DNA of 64,000 nucleotides from an uncultured Candidatus Saccharibacteria bacterium (GCA_964455195.1 CAYVUY010000001.1:3642-67641), one strand, 5' to 3'; shown: positions 48,643 to 59,059, counted from the first letter of the stretch. Notes: generated by a model not told the origin, from the letters alone. Numbers and translations are program-made.

Positions 48643-49905
48643 ATGAAAGAATTAATACGACGTGTGAAAAAAGCGATGGGGCCGGGAGTTATTACTGGTA
48701 TTGCTGATGATGATCCATCAGGTATAGCAACATATGCTCAGACAGGTGCGATGTTCGGCTATTCTCAATTATGGTTAGCGTTATTCACCTACCCTTTTAT
48801 GGTGGCCATACAAGAAATGTGTGGACGTATAGGTCTAGTAACTGGTAAAGGCTTAGCTGGTGTTATTAAAGGGTACTATTCCAAAAAAGTTCTCTACGGT
48901 GCAATAGCATTACTTGCGATTACCAATATCATTAATATTGGCGCTGACTTAGGTGCTATGGCATCCTCTGTACAACTTTTACTTCCTATCCCCTTCGTCC
49001 CTACGCTTATTTTCCTCACGCTTGCTACCATCATCGCAGAAGTCGTTATTCCATACAAAACCTATGTTTCTGTACTCAAGTGGCTGGCACTCACCGTAAT
49101 AGCTTACATTATCGCAGCATTTGCAGTGCATCAAGATTGGTTACATATTCTAAAAGATACCCTTATTCCAAATATAGAATGGAATAGGGATTTTATTCTT
49201 AATATCACAGCGATGCTAGGAACAACTATTTCTCCGTATTTATTCTTCTGGCAAGCTGACGAAGAAGTAGAAGAGCTTGTGCTTGATAATAAATTACAAG
49301 CAATGGGTAAAGGTGTACCAGCAATAACACAAAGAGATGTTAACCAGATGCGCGTGGATACTGCTTTTGGAATGCTTGTATCTAATATAGTTACCTTCTT
49401 CATTATTATTACTGCAGCAGGCACGCTCGGCGCACAAGGAATAACATCTGTTACCTCTGCAGCTCAAGTAGCAGCATCCCTTGAACCTCTCGCTGGTAAA
49501 TTCTCATCGCTTTTATTTACACTAGGCATTTTGGGTACTGGGTTACTTGCTGTTCCGGTACTTGCAGGATCTGCAGCGTATGCGATTGCGGAAGCGTTCG
49601 GGTGGAATGAAGGACTTGGTAAAACATTTACTCAAGCAAGTAGTTTCTATCTTGTTATTATCATCGCAACGATGATTGGGGTGTTCGTTAACCTTTCTCC
49701 TATTTCACCTATTACCATGCTTTACTACGCAGCTATTTTAAATGGACTCCTTGCTCCTCCCCTTATGATACTTATTCTTCTTATTGGAAATAATAAGTCT
49801 ATTTTAGGAGAGAGAACCAATGGCAAGCTTGGTAATATTCTTGGAATAATCATTACTGTGCTTATGTCAGCACTTACTCTTTATTTCTTGTATAGTCTTT
49901 TCTAA
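48643..49905 (+). CDS. NRAMP-family divalent metal transporter
   Basis: GPG.ITG.ADDDPSGIATY, GTTISPYLFFWQ, many TM. Confidence 0.92.
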   Translation: MKELIRRVKKAMGPGVITGIADDDPSGIATYAQTGAMFGYSQLWLALFTYPFMVAIQEMCGRIGLVTGKGLAGVIKGYYSKKVLYGAIALLAITNIINIGADLGAMASSVQLLLPIPFVPTLIFLTLATIIAEVVIPYKTYVSVLKWLALTVIAYIIAAFAVHQDWLHILKDTLIPNIEWNRDFILNITAMLGTTISPYLFFWQADEEVEELVLDNKLQAMGKGVPAITQRDVNQMRVDTAFGMLVSNIVTFFIIITAAGTLGAQGITSVTSAAQVAASLEPLAGKFSSLLFTLGILGTGLLAVPVLAGSAAYAIAEAFGWNEGLGKTFTQASSFYLVIIIATMIGVFVNLSPISPITMLYYAAILNGLLAPPLMILILLIGNNKSILGERTNGKLGNILGIIITVLMSALTLYFLYSLF

Positions 49906-49957
49906 AGTAATAAATACATAAACAAATACACCCGCGCTTCGCGCGGGTGTATTTGTT

Positions 49958-52348
49958 TTAAAATATACTATCTAGTAAACCTGTAAACCAATCCTTAACT
50001 GATGTTCCTCCACTTACAGTCGGTGCTGTATCTGGTCCTGTAAATTGCTGGAAGAATTCTTCTGATCCCCCAGGTCCATTTGAGTCATTTGGTCCAACAC
50101 CTCCGCCAATACCTTCATCTGGTGATGGACTAGGCATAGGTTGAGGGTTAGAAGATCCATTACCCATTAAGCTACCGACGCCATTAGAAATGGTATCCCA
50201 GAGTCCTCCGAAGGTATAAGTATTATCAGTATTTCCACCTGCACTACCTCCAACTCCATATGTTCCGAAGTATCCACCTGTACTAGAAGACGCTGGCTGA
50301 TCAATAGTAGAATTAGTTCTTCCTATTGTTGCACTTGATTTAAGTGAAGTACTTTTTACTTCTATGGTTGCAGTTACTATATTATTAGGTGAGGATTTTT
50401 TACGGAAATATGAAACTGTTTTTATTCCACCTGTACCCCATGTGCTTTGATCGTATACTATTTTACCCACGAGAGTATTCCCAACAAAATTCCAATCATC
50501 ATTTCCATTGAAATCAACGAAATTACTAGTTGTATTACAATACGTAGCATTAACTGATGCAGGCGAAGTTGGGTTAGCTACTACTGCATAACAAGCTTGA
50601 ATATCTCCTGATTTAGCATTCCCTACTGTAAACGTTACACTACTTCCTTGCGATGTATACAGTGTTCCTGCTTCTGGAGAAATAGTTATTGGATTACTAT
50701 TAACTTCGCCAGTTGAAGTAGTTCCCTTGCATATGAATCCTCCTTGCATAGCTTCTTTCACTGTTCCTTCTGGACAATTACATGGTGCATGACCTAACGT
50801 AGAACGAAATGTATTGATAGGACACACCTCAGGTTCCCCATTTGCAGGTAGAGGACGAAGTATAAAAGCTTCATTTTCACCCAACTTTGCAAGCATTCCA
50901 TCTGCTATGTATCCAGCTTTATTAAAATTAATCAATGAAACAAAAGCAGGTTCTACATTAGATATTGCATATCTTCCGCTGGTGTCGGTAGTTGCGGTAT
51001 ATGAACCTCCGAACCCAACCATAGGAATTACAACATTCACTCCTGCTACTGGTTTACCTGTAGTATCTCTTACAACCCCAGAAACATTCTTAGCTACTTC
51101 AAAACTTGCTTCTCCGTTTGGAGTACAATTAAATATCTTTGCATTCGTATCTGTTGCACTTGTCCCAACTTGGCAGGCAGCAGCACCCTTACTACAACTA
51201 ATACCAGTATCGCCTGCCGGAAGACCTGCAGTAGAAAATGAGCAGCTTAACTTTGGATGATCAAATATTGATGAAGGTGGTGTATGCATGTTCCATCTAT
51301 ATTGAACAGCTGCAACGTTCTGACATGTTGATTGTGTTGTGCGCCATTCAGCAGCAATATACTCACAATCAGTACATCCTCTATATATTCTAAATGGATC
51401 GATTCCTTGTCCCCCTCTTTCATCACAAGGACCGTAGTTAGTAAGTGTTGTTGCTTTCACACCATTTGCCTTCATCGTAATACTTGCAACATTGGCAGAA
51501 ACCATAGGTGGAGTTACTTGCCCTCCTGTATATGGTATTAAAGCAGCAGCAATAGCTTTTACATTATATATTTGATCAGAAGTATTAACTGTAGTTGCTC
51601 CTTGACCATTTGCATAACAAATATACTCTATCTTACCTGTAGAATCCGCATACCATTGAGCTGGAGAAACTCCCATATACTTAGGTAATATTCCACATGA
51701 AATTCCTACGCCCACTTGGCAGAGATCTGATCTACTAGCATTTTCACAAGAAGATGCCGGAGCTCCAACACGACTGAAACGTAACAAATAACCACTAGTA
51801 AAATAACGTGACGGTAATCCTGTAACCGTAACCTTGAATAGTTCATTCTGTGTGGTAACTAATTTATCTACTTCTACATGAAGAACTGTATCGGCTGTTG
51901 TTTGTCCTCCTGTGGTACTTTGATTAAGAGCACTGCTAACTTGTCCCTTTTTAACATCTTGAATATCAATAGTGGTCGTAATAGGTGTAATAGCAACATT
52001 ATTTATCTTTATGATAGAAGCCTTTATTGTTTCATTGGAATCGGTGACACTATCTGCATTAGTCTGTACTCCGAAAATTTTCCCCTCAGTATCTCCCTTA
52101 GCAAAAGGAATAGAGAAATAACCACTTAACCCAGGAACAATGAAATCAGAACCGGCACTAGCTGTCCCTTTTTCTACCTTAATAGTAACTGTTGTCGGTT
52201 CTGTGACATCGTGTGGTATCACAGTAACCACAGCACGAAGCCCTTCTGCTACGGTATAAGCACTTTTAGAGAAGGTAAAACTTGCTGCCGAAGCGAGAGA
52301 AACACTACTGATAATGATTGATAAAAGACTAATGGCTATTTTATTCAT
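49958..52348 (-). CDS. Large secreted surface protein (Calx-beta-like and carboxypeptidase-regulatory-like domains, Cys-rich segments)
   Basis: Signal peptide; FSKSAYTVAEG...GTASAGSDF; VSGVVRDTTGKPVAGVNV...TDTSGRY; G/S/P-rich tail. Confidence 0.75.
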   Translation of the reverse strand: MNKIAISLLSIIISSVSLASAASFTFSKSAYTVAEGLRAVVTVIPHDVTEPTTVTIKVEKGTASAGSDFIVPGLSGYFSIPFAKGDTEGKIFGVQTNADSVTDSNETIKASIIKINNVAITPITTTIDIQDVKKGQVSSALNQSTTGGQTTADTVLHVEVDKLVTTQNELFKVTVTGLPSRYFTSGYLLRFSRVGAPASSCENASRSDLCQVGVGISCGILPKYMGVSPAQWYADSTGKIEYICYANGQGATTVNTSDQIYNVKAIAAALIPYTGGQVTPPMVSANVASITMKANGVKATTLTNYGPCDERGGQGIDPFRIYRGCTDCEYIAAEWRTTQSTCQNVAAVQYRWNMHTPPSSIFDHPKLSCSFSTAGLPAGDTGISCSKGAAACQVGTSATDTNAKIFNCTPNGEASFEVAKNVSGVVRDTTGKPVAGVNVVIPMVGFGGSYTATTDTSGRYAISNVEPAFVSLINFNKAGYIADGMLAKLGENEAFILRPLPANGEPEVCPINTFRSTLGHAPCNCPEGTVKEAMQGGFICKGTTSTGEVNSNPITISPEAGTLYTSQGSSVTFTVGNAKSGDIQACYAVVANPTSPASVNATYCNTTSNFVDFNGNDDWNFVGNTLVGKIVYDQSTWGTGGIKTVSYFRKKSSPNNIVTATIEVKSTSLKSSATIGRTNSTIDQPASSSTGGYFGTYGVGGSAGGNTDNTYTFGGLWDTISNGVGSLMGNGSSNPQPMPSPSPDEGIGGGVGPNDSNGPGGSEEFFQQFTGPDTAPTVSGGTSVKDWFTGLLDSIF

Positions 52349-52417
52349 ATACTTAATGGTATCTCGTTATAAATACAAAAGAAAGCCTTTATAATAAAGG
52401 CCTGTGGAGAACATTTT

Positions 52418-52446
52418 TTTACAATATAGCATATATGCTATACAAT
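52418..52446 (+). promoter_or_regulatory. Promoter with perfect 18-bp palindromic operator candidate
   Basis: TTTACA-17-TACAAT; TATAGCATATATGCTATA at 52425-52442. Confidence 0.7.
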
Positions 52447-52475
52447 AATACTTATACACGTATCGAAATTTATTT

Positions 52476-53993
52476 ATGAAAAACACCTTGGAAGATGCGG
52501 GGAAAATAGGACTATTTATTAAACAACTCCGCGAAGAAAGAGACTTAACCCAAGGAGATTTAGCTGACGCACTGAAAACAACTCAAAGCGTCGTTGCTCG
52601 TATCGAAACAGGTAAGCAAAATATTACCATAGAACAGATTTCTAAAATTTCTGAAGTCTTAGGCCGACCTATTCTTTCTCTTCAAGATACACTTGATTTT
52701 AAAATCGAAGGTGGGCGCAAACTTTCAGGAAGTATTGAAACCAACACGTCTAAGAATGGTGCTATTAATATGCTGGTTGCTTCTCTTGCAAATAGCGGCA
52801 CCACCATATTACATGGTATTCCACATATTGAAGAAGTGTATAGATATATAGAACTTTTAGAGAGTATTGGCGTTAAGGTACGCTGGATAAAAGATAACTC
52901 AGTAGAAATAGTACCTCCCAAAAAATTAAATCTAAAGGCCATGAACAAGAACGTTGCGATGAAAATACGCTCTTTCACTTTTATCGGCGCTTTCATTCAC
53001 TATAGTAATCACTTTTCACTCCCCCACTCTGGAGGATGCAAAATGGGTGAACGCACTGTAGCATCTCATAAATATGCTCTTGAGCATCTAGGTGTAAAAA
53101 CGGTGACGAAAGAAAGTTTCTATGCTATCTCATATACCAAACTACAACCTGGTCGCATTCCACTCTATGAATCTTCTGACACCGGTGCTATCACCGCTAT
53201 TATTGCTGCATCTCGTATCCCAGGGGTGACAGTAATTAAATTTGCTCCACCTAATTATCAAGTTCAGGATGTTTGTTTCTTAATGGAAAAGATGGGGGTC
53301 AAGATTGAAGGTATAGGAACGAGCACACTTACTATTCATGGTAAGAAAGATATTAATGTAAATATAGAACATCATAACAGTGAAGACCCTATAGAAAGTA
53401 TGTTCTTCATCTCTGCGGCAATAGTAACTAAATCTAAGCTCACCATTACTAGATGTCCTATTGATTTCTTAGAACTAGAACTAGAGAAGCTTCGTCATAT
53501 GGGACTCATATACCGACTTTCAAAACCTTACCTTTCGTATAATGGTCGCACTCATTTAGTAGATATTACTATTATGCCGTCGAAGCTTACTGCTCCGACA
53601 GATAAAATCCACACCCAACCTTTCCCTGGAATAAATAATGACAACCTTCCATTCTTCGTACCAATATGTAGTTTTGCAGAAGGTCAAACCCTTATTCATG
53701 ATTGGACATGGGAAAACCGTGCTATTTATTTTACAGAACTCAATAGACTTGGGGCAGATATTAAATTACTTGATCCACATCGAGCACTCGTAACTGGTGT
53801 GAAAAAACTTCGTGGTGCTCAGATAGTTTCCCCTCCAGCATTACGCCCTACTGCTATTATTCTTATCGCCATGCTGGCTGCAGAAGGAACATCTATGCTT
53901 CGTAATGTGTATTCTATTAAACGTGGCTACGCTGATATAGCAGAAAGACTTAATTCTATCGGCGCCAAAATAACTGTCATTAAAGGAGTGTAA
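52476..53993 (+). CDS. murA: XRE-HTH / UDP-N-acetylglucosamine 1-carboxyvinyltransferase (MurA) fusion
   Basis: HTH IKQLREERDLTQGDLA...TQSVVARIETGKQN; MurA motifs SKN, GGCKMGER, PFPG..D, IKRGY. Confidence 0.88.
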   Translation: MKNTLEDAGKIGLFIKQLREERDLTQGDLADALKTTQSVVARIETGKQNITIEQISKISEVLGRPILSLQDTLDFKIEGGRKLSGSIETNTSKNGAINMLVASLANSGTTILHGIPHIEEVYRYIELLESIGVKVRWIKDNSVEIVPPKKLNLKAMNKNVAMKIRSFTFIGAFIHYSNHFSLPHSGGCKMGERTVASHKYALEHLGVKTVTKESFYAISYTKLQPGRIPLYESSDTGAITAIIAASRIPGVTVIKFAPPNYQVQDVCFLMEKMGVKIEGIGTSTLTIHGKKDINVNIEHHNSEDPIESMFFISAAIVTKSKLTITRCPIDFLELELEKLRHMGLIYRLSKPYLSYNGRTHLVDITIMPSKLTAPTDKIHTQPFPGINNDNLPFFVPICSFAEGQTLIHDWTWENRAIYFTELNRLGADIKLLDPHRALVTGVKKLRGAQIVSPPALRPTAIILIAMLAAEGTSMLRNVYSIKRGYADIAERLNSIGAKITVIKGV

Positions 53994-54080
53994 GTGTACA
54001 ACTAGTGGATACCTATCTACACCAAAAATAAAATACTCTATATACTTCATATATACTACGCTCTTGGCGTTTTGTTTTAT

Positions 54081-55757
54081 ATGCCACACAGAACTACACA
54101 GAACAAACAATCATTGTCTCATCCTAATAATGTTTCTTGTCGTAACATCAATGTTATTGCCAAGTATGTACATAACAAAATTGGTAGCGATGTTCTTCTC
54201 ACCTCTAATCTGACGTACATGCCAGAGTATTTGTTAAATGAGCACAATTGGGTACCGCTTCATGTCTATAACGAAGTAATGAATCGTGCTATCTCACTCC
54301 TAAATGATCCAGATGCGCCTTATAAAATGGGCCTTTCTGCGATGGAGCTTGAAAGTTGGGGAATTTTTAAATATATACAAAAAATATTTCTTACTGTTGT
54401 TATCGACCCGATCATTGTCTACCAAAAGATTAGTGAGTATAATCCCCTCTTTAATAACACTAAGGACTTTCATCTTCTTTCTACGAGCGATACGCATTGT
54501 GTTTTCAAAGTAGAATTCCACACAGATGTAAATCCGGTAGAAGATTATCATAGTGACAAGTATATTCAAGGATTACTTGCGAGCATTCCTCAGATATGGA
54601 ATCTTCCTTCCTCTTCTGTGAAATCAATTTCGAATGAATATGACGTTATCGATTTACTACACAAAAAAGGAAATGTACCTCTTGATGCTATTGAAATGAA
54701 TAGTGACACTTTATTTATACGAGGAGAGGCAATTGGGAAACGAATCGCCAGCTATAAAGAAGAAAACTGGTGGCAAGATACTGTACGCTCCACTCATAAA
54801 ATACATGATGCGCTTATGTATGAGAGTCTCATCGAAGCGAAATCAAAAGTTGGATCAGGTATTCTTATTACAAAGGATTATAACGCGAGCGATATGGTGC
54901 ATTTAAAAGTTGGTGAAATATATAATGCTCCCCATTTCCTCTATCATATTTCATGGGATAAACCATCGCTTTCTCTTAGACTTCGCCATCTTTTTTTTAA
55001 TCAAGGTCGCTCTCGCAAATCTTATGAAAGTGCAATCGTAGCATCCTTATCTACCATTAAAGGGTACACCGAGACGCTTGAACAAAAGGTAATCGAACGT
55101 ACTCACGAACTAGAAGTAGCAAAAAAAGAATCAGAATACTGGCGAAACAAAGCAGATGAACTTCTTTCTACAATGCTTCCAGAACACATTGCGAAGAAAA
55201 TGATTGAAAAGGAATTAGAAAGTCAGGAAGTTCATGGCACTGTACTATTTACAGATATTGTAGGCTTTACTGAGTATAGCCAAAATAATGATAAAGAATT
55301 TGTAGACCAAGAACTGAAACTATACTTCGCAGAAATTACAAACATAGTTACTAGACATGGTGGTTGGGTAAACAAATTTTTAGGAGATGGAATGCTTGTA
55401 GTATTTGGATTAAATGGAGGAACGCAGTATGTAGAAGATGGAGCAAAGGCAGCAAAAGCAATAGTCGAAACAATAGAGCAGTATTCATGGGGAACACGAG
55501 TAAGTCTCTCTACGGGGCCATTTACTATTGGTGAATACGGTAATGGTGCACTCAGACGATTCGATTGTATGGGTAATGTTCTTAATTTAGGTAGTCGCTT
55601 ACAAAATCACGCTGACAAAAATCAAATTCTTATTTGTGATAATACTTACAAAGCATTATCTAAAGAAAGTGCGATGTATAACTTTGGTAAAATGCGTACT
55701 CTAGATGTGAAAGGTATTGGTGAAGTAACAGCATACCCTCTTATTACTTCTCATTAA
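54081..55757 (+). CDS. Class III adenylate cyclase with N-terminal sensor-like domain and coiled coil
   Basis: LFTDIVGFT, KFLGDG, FDCMGNVLNLGSRL; LEQKVIERTHEL coil; LLSTMLP. Confidence 0.88.
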   Translation: MPHRTTQNKQSLSHPNNVSCRNINVIAKYVHNKIGSDVLLTSNLTYMPEYLLNEHNWVPLHVYNEVMNRAISLLNDPDAPYKMGLSAMELESWGIFKYIQKIFLTVVIDPIIVYQKISEYNPLFNNTKDFHLLSTSDTHCVFKVEFHTDVNPVEDYHSDKYIQGLLASIPQIWNLPSSSVKSISNEYDVIDLLHKKGNVPLDAIEMNSDTLFIRGEAIGKRIASYKEENWWQDTVRSTHKIHDALMYESLIEAKSKVGSGILITKDYNASDMVHLKVGEIYNAPHFLYHISWDKPSLSLRLRHLFFNQGRSRKSYESAIVASLSTIKGYTETLEQKVIERTHELEVAKKESEYWRNKADELLSTMLPEHIAKKMIEKELESQEVHGTVLFTDIVGFTEYSQNNDKEFVDQELKLYFAEITNIVTRHGGWVNKFLGDGMLVVFGLNGGTQYVEDGAKAAKAIVETIEQYSWGTRVSLSTGPFTIGEYGNGALRRFDCMGNVLNLGSRLQNHADKNQILICDNTYKALSKESAMYNFGKMRTLDVKGIGEVTAYPLITSH

Positions 55758-57214
55758 TCGTGTTTCTTAAGAATAGGGAAATTATGTTTTTTCGCATAGT
55801 GTTTTAATTTCCAATCAGGATTCACCGCGACAGGATGTCCCACAAGAGATAAGAATGGAATATCGACATAACTATCAGCATAAGCATAGCTATTCTTAGC
55901 ATTAATTTGCTTTTCTAACATAAAGTTTTTAACAGCGTGTGCTTTTTCATCACCGCGACATAGAAGTGTTATATCTCCTGTATATGTGCGCCCGCGTTTA
56001 ATAAGAGAAGTATCTATGGCTTTATCTGCTTTAAAGAATTCTACGAATGCGTCCGCTATTGGATGCATCACTTCTGTCACGAATACTATATGATGGTGTT
56101 TAGCAAGATGATCTTCAAGAATAGCGAATAATCCGTATTCAAGTTTAGGAAGAGCTAACTCTCGGAAGAATCTTCCCATGAGCTTATCTATTGCCTCCAC
56201 ATTCCATCCAGCCAATAGATGTATCGCCTCTTTCATAAGCTTCTTATGATTAATGAAATGTATTTTTTCAAGAATAAAAAGATACATAATGTATGAAAAA
56301 TCTTTTACTGGAATATTCCCTTTTCGTGTCATATAGACAAGAAAATCAACCTGAGAAAGACTCTTATAGATAGTTAAGTCGATATCTACGAATACCCCCA
56401 CATCAGATGCTTCATGACGCTGTTCATTTAAAAGTCGTAATGGTAAATGCTTTAATACCTCATTTTCTAGCTCTTGGGTTCTTTCTTTTATCCTATGGCG
56501 CACTTTCATATCAGTACTGAAGAGTACATGCTCGTTGTACCCCTGTTCTGGAAGAAAACACTTACCGAACTCGATTGTTACTTTTCTATTTCCTGTTTTA
56601 AATGTATCTGAAAATACTTTATGAGAATCTTTAAGTACAACCGTTTGAATCGGAGATTGAGCGGCATAACTTAATCTCACTGCTCCAGTATGGAAACGAT
56701 ACAATGCTTCTAATAATTCAGCGTGTCCTTCAGGAAACATAAGAAGTGAGTTGCCACGTTTAAGAGCTTTTAGGGCTTTATGGAGAGCTTCATACTTAGT
56801 ATTAGACTTTGGATACATTCTATGGTCCACCTCATCACGTATGACATCTATTGCTCCCATTCCCTTAAGCCATAAAGCAATAATGCGTGGAAATTGTCTA
56901 AGAGGTGCAACCATAGGGATTACATTTGGACCAAGTAATGCCTGCAAAAGAAATCCATCCATTTCACTGGGATGATTACTTACGAATATTGTTGAGTCAT
57001 CTAAGAAAAAGTTATTAGCAGTAACAACTTGTACACGTGAAAGATAGAATGCTGCACGAATTATTTTAATGGAGCACTCTCGGAAGAAATATTCCCTTTC
57101 ATGACGATTTTTAAAAAAGTATGAAGCAAAAAGTACAGGTATGTACGCAGTACTAGTAAAGAGTGTGAGGTAGCATTTTATAACGAAAAGACGGAACATA
57201 AAATTACATGCCAT
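55754..57214 (-). CDS. PlsC-type acyltransferase fused to a HAD-IB phosphatase
   Basis: NHPSEMD and FPEG (acyltransferase); FVDIDLT, K, YADSYVD, AVNPD (HAD). Confidence 0.87.
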   Translation of the reverse strand: MACNFMFRLFVIKCYLTLFTSTAYIPVLFASYFFKNRHEREYFFRECSIKIIRAAFYLSRVQVVTANNFFLDDSTIFVSNHPSEMDGFLLQALLGPNVIPMVAPLRQFPRIIALWLKGMGAIDVIRDEVDHRMYPKSNTKYEALHKALKALKRGNSLLMFPEGHAELLEALYRFHTGAVRLSYAAQSPIQTVVLKDSHKVFSDTFKTGNRKVTIEFGKCFLPEQGYNEHVLFSTDMKVRHRIKERTQELENEVLKHLPLRLLNEQRHEASDVGVFVDIDLTIYKSLSQVDFLVYMTRKGNIPVKDFSYIMYLFILEKIHFINHKKLMKEAIHLLAGWNVEAIDKLMGRFFRELALPKLEYGLFAILEDHLAKHHHIVFVTEVMHPIADAFVEFFKADKAIDTSLIKRGRTYTGDITLLCRGDEKAHAVKNFMLEKQINAKNSYAYADSYVDIPFLSLVGHPVAVNPDWKLKHYAKKHNFPILKKHD

Positions 57215-57279
57215 GCACTACAACATATAATAAGTATACCATGTAGAAATATTGAATTTATTACCGTAATGCTTGTTTG

Positions 57280-57322
57280 AACAAAATAAAATAGCGCCCT
57301 TTGGGCGCTATTTTATTTTGTT
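57280..57322. terminator. Intrinsic terminator of the pilus operon
   Basis: aacaaaataaaatagcgccc-ttt-gggcgctattttattttgtt. Confidence 0.85.
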
Positions 57323-57324
57323 TA

Positions 57325-58146
57325 TTAGTCGAGCGTTGGTGTCCCTTCTTTCTTTTGCATGCCTTGCTTTGGAAATGTCACATAAAAGGTTGAACCTACA
57401 TTTTCTGTTGAAGTAAACCAGACCGCGCCTCCGACGTTACTTACTATAAGTTCAGTCATATAGAGCCCCAATCCAGCACCTTTACTCTCTTCTCCTGCAA
57501 CATTAGACCCTTTATAGAGTTTAGAAAATATTTTTTCTTTATCTTTTTCGGGGATTCCAATTCCAGAATCAGTAACAGAAAACAGAAGGCTATCTTCTAG
57601 TATCTTTTCACCGCCACATTCATCCCCTTGTTTCACTTCATGTATCGAAACAAGTACTTTCCCCTCCTCTTTCGAGAAAAGGATTGCATTAGAAATAAGA
57701 TTTCTCAAAATTACTACACACATCTGCTTATCAAGTAAAAGAGTTGGAACCAGTGGAGAAGAATCGCTTACGTACGACTCTTCTATGGTTATTTTCTTTT
57801 CTGTTATGAAACTACTCAGCTCAGAAAGTACTTGTTTAACTATCCGACTAAGATCAGCTTCAACTGGAGAGATACTAAAAGTACCCAGGGTTAACCTGGA
57901 TACGTTTAGTAATGACCTAATAAGGTCAATAGCTCTCTCATTACTTGATTGTATGGTCTTTAGATATTTTGTTTGATCATCATTTAATGTTCCACAGTCA
58001 CCATCTAGTAGCATTTCTGTGTACCATTTTATGACAGATAGTGGGGTTCGTAGATCATGTGCGGCAAGTGATAATAGTGTATCACTTGCTTTTTCATGAC
58101 CATCCGCATCACTTCTTTCGTGGTGATCAACTAGTTCTAAAGACAT
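57325..58146 (-). CDS. Histidine kinase (HisKA + HATPase) without sensor domain
   Basis: AHDLRTPL, NLISNA, DSGIGI, GAGLGL. Confidence 0.93.
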   Translation of the reverse strand: MSLELVDHHERSDADGHEKASDTLLSLAAHDLRTPLSVIKWYTEMLLDGDCGTLNDDQTKYLKTIQSSNERAIDLIRSLLNVSRLTLGTFSISPVEADLSRIVKQVLSELSSFITEKKITIEESYVSDSSPLVPTLLLDKQMCVVILRNLISNAILFSKEEGKVLVSIHEVKQGDECGGEKILEDSLLFSVTDSGIGIPEKDKEKIFSKLYKGSNVAGEESKGAGLGLYMTELIVSNVGGAVWFTSTENVGSTFYVTFPKQGMQKKEGTPTLD

Positions 58147-58160
58147 ACTTCAAATGTGTA

Positions 58161-58610
58161 CTATCTTGTAACAGTAATCGTAGCGCCTTGCTCAGCAAGT
58201 GGAGCTGTAACAGTAATACGTCCATACGCATTCTTTGAAATGGTATATCCGTTGCCGTTAACAGTAATCTTTTGTGGGTCCTGAGGAATAGCAGTAAGGT
58301 ACTTACCATTAACTGTAAGTACTGACAAATCTATAAGTCCAGTACACGAAGCTGCTCCTGATGCACAAATTTCTGTTGTTGATGCCACGATAGATGCAGG
58401 CAATACTCCATTGTTATCAATTGAGTATTGGTATGCTGCGTTAAGAAGTGTTGTCACATCAGAACGACGTTGTGCGTTACGAGTATCACCAAGTTGCTTA
58501 CCTGGGTTAATAGCCACGATAACGATACCTGCCAAAATAGCGATAGCTGCAACCACGAGAAGGATTTCAATAAGTGTAAACCCTTTCTGGCTACGTAATA
58601 ACTTTTTCAT
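58161..58610 (-). CDS. Type IV pilin, copy 2
   Basis: G/FTLIE prepilin site and hydrophobic helix. Confidence 0.93.
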   Translation of the reverse strand: MKKLLRSQKGFTLIEILLVVAAIAILAGIVIVAINPGKQLGDTRNAQRRSDVTTLLNAAYQYSIDNNGVLPASIVASTTEICASGAASCTGLIDLSVLTVNGKYLTAIPQDPQKITVNGNGYTISKNAYGRITVTAPLAEQGATITVTR

Positions 58611-59059
58611 GCTCTACTTTTAAACTATCTTGTTACGGTAATTACCGCACCTTGCTCAGCAAGTGGAGCTGTAACGGTAATACGTCCATTCACATCCTTA
58701 AAGATGTTGTAACCATTACCATTTGCAGTAACCTTTTGTGGGTCTTGTGGAATACCAACAAGATACTTACCGTTAAGAGCAAGTACTGATAGGTCTATAA
58801 CACCAGTACATGATGCTGCTCCTTGCGCACAAATTTCTGTTGATGAAGCAGTAATGCCTGCAGGAAGTACTCCATTGTTATCAATTGAGTATTGGTATGC
58901 TGCGTTAAGAAGTGTTGTCACATCAGAACGACGTTGTGCGTTACGAGTATCACCAAGTTGCTTACCTGGGTTAATAGCCACGATAACGATACCTGCCAAA
59001 ATAGCGATAGCTGCAACCACGAGAAGGATTTCAATAAGTGTAAACCCTTTCTGGCTACG
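58404..59059. repeat. 192-bp exact direct repeat in the tandem pilin genes
   Basis: 58404-58595 identical to 58868-59059 (offset 464). Confidence 0.9.
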
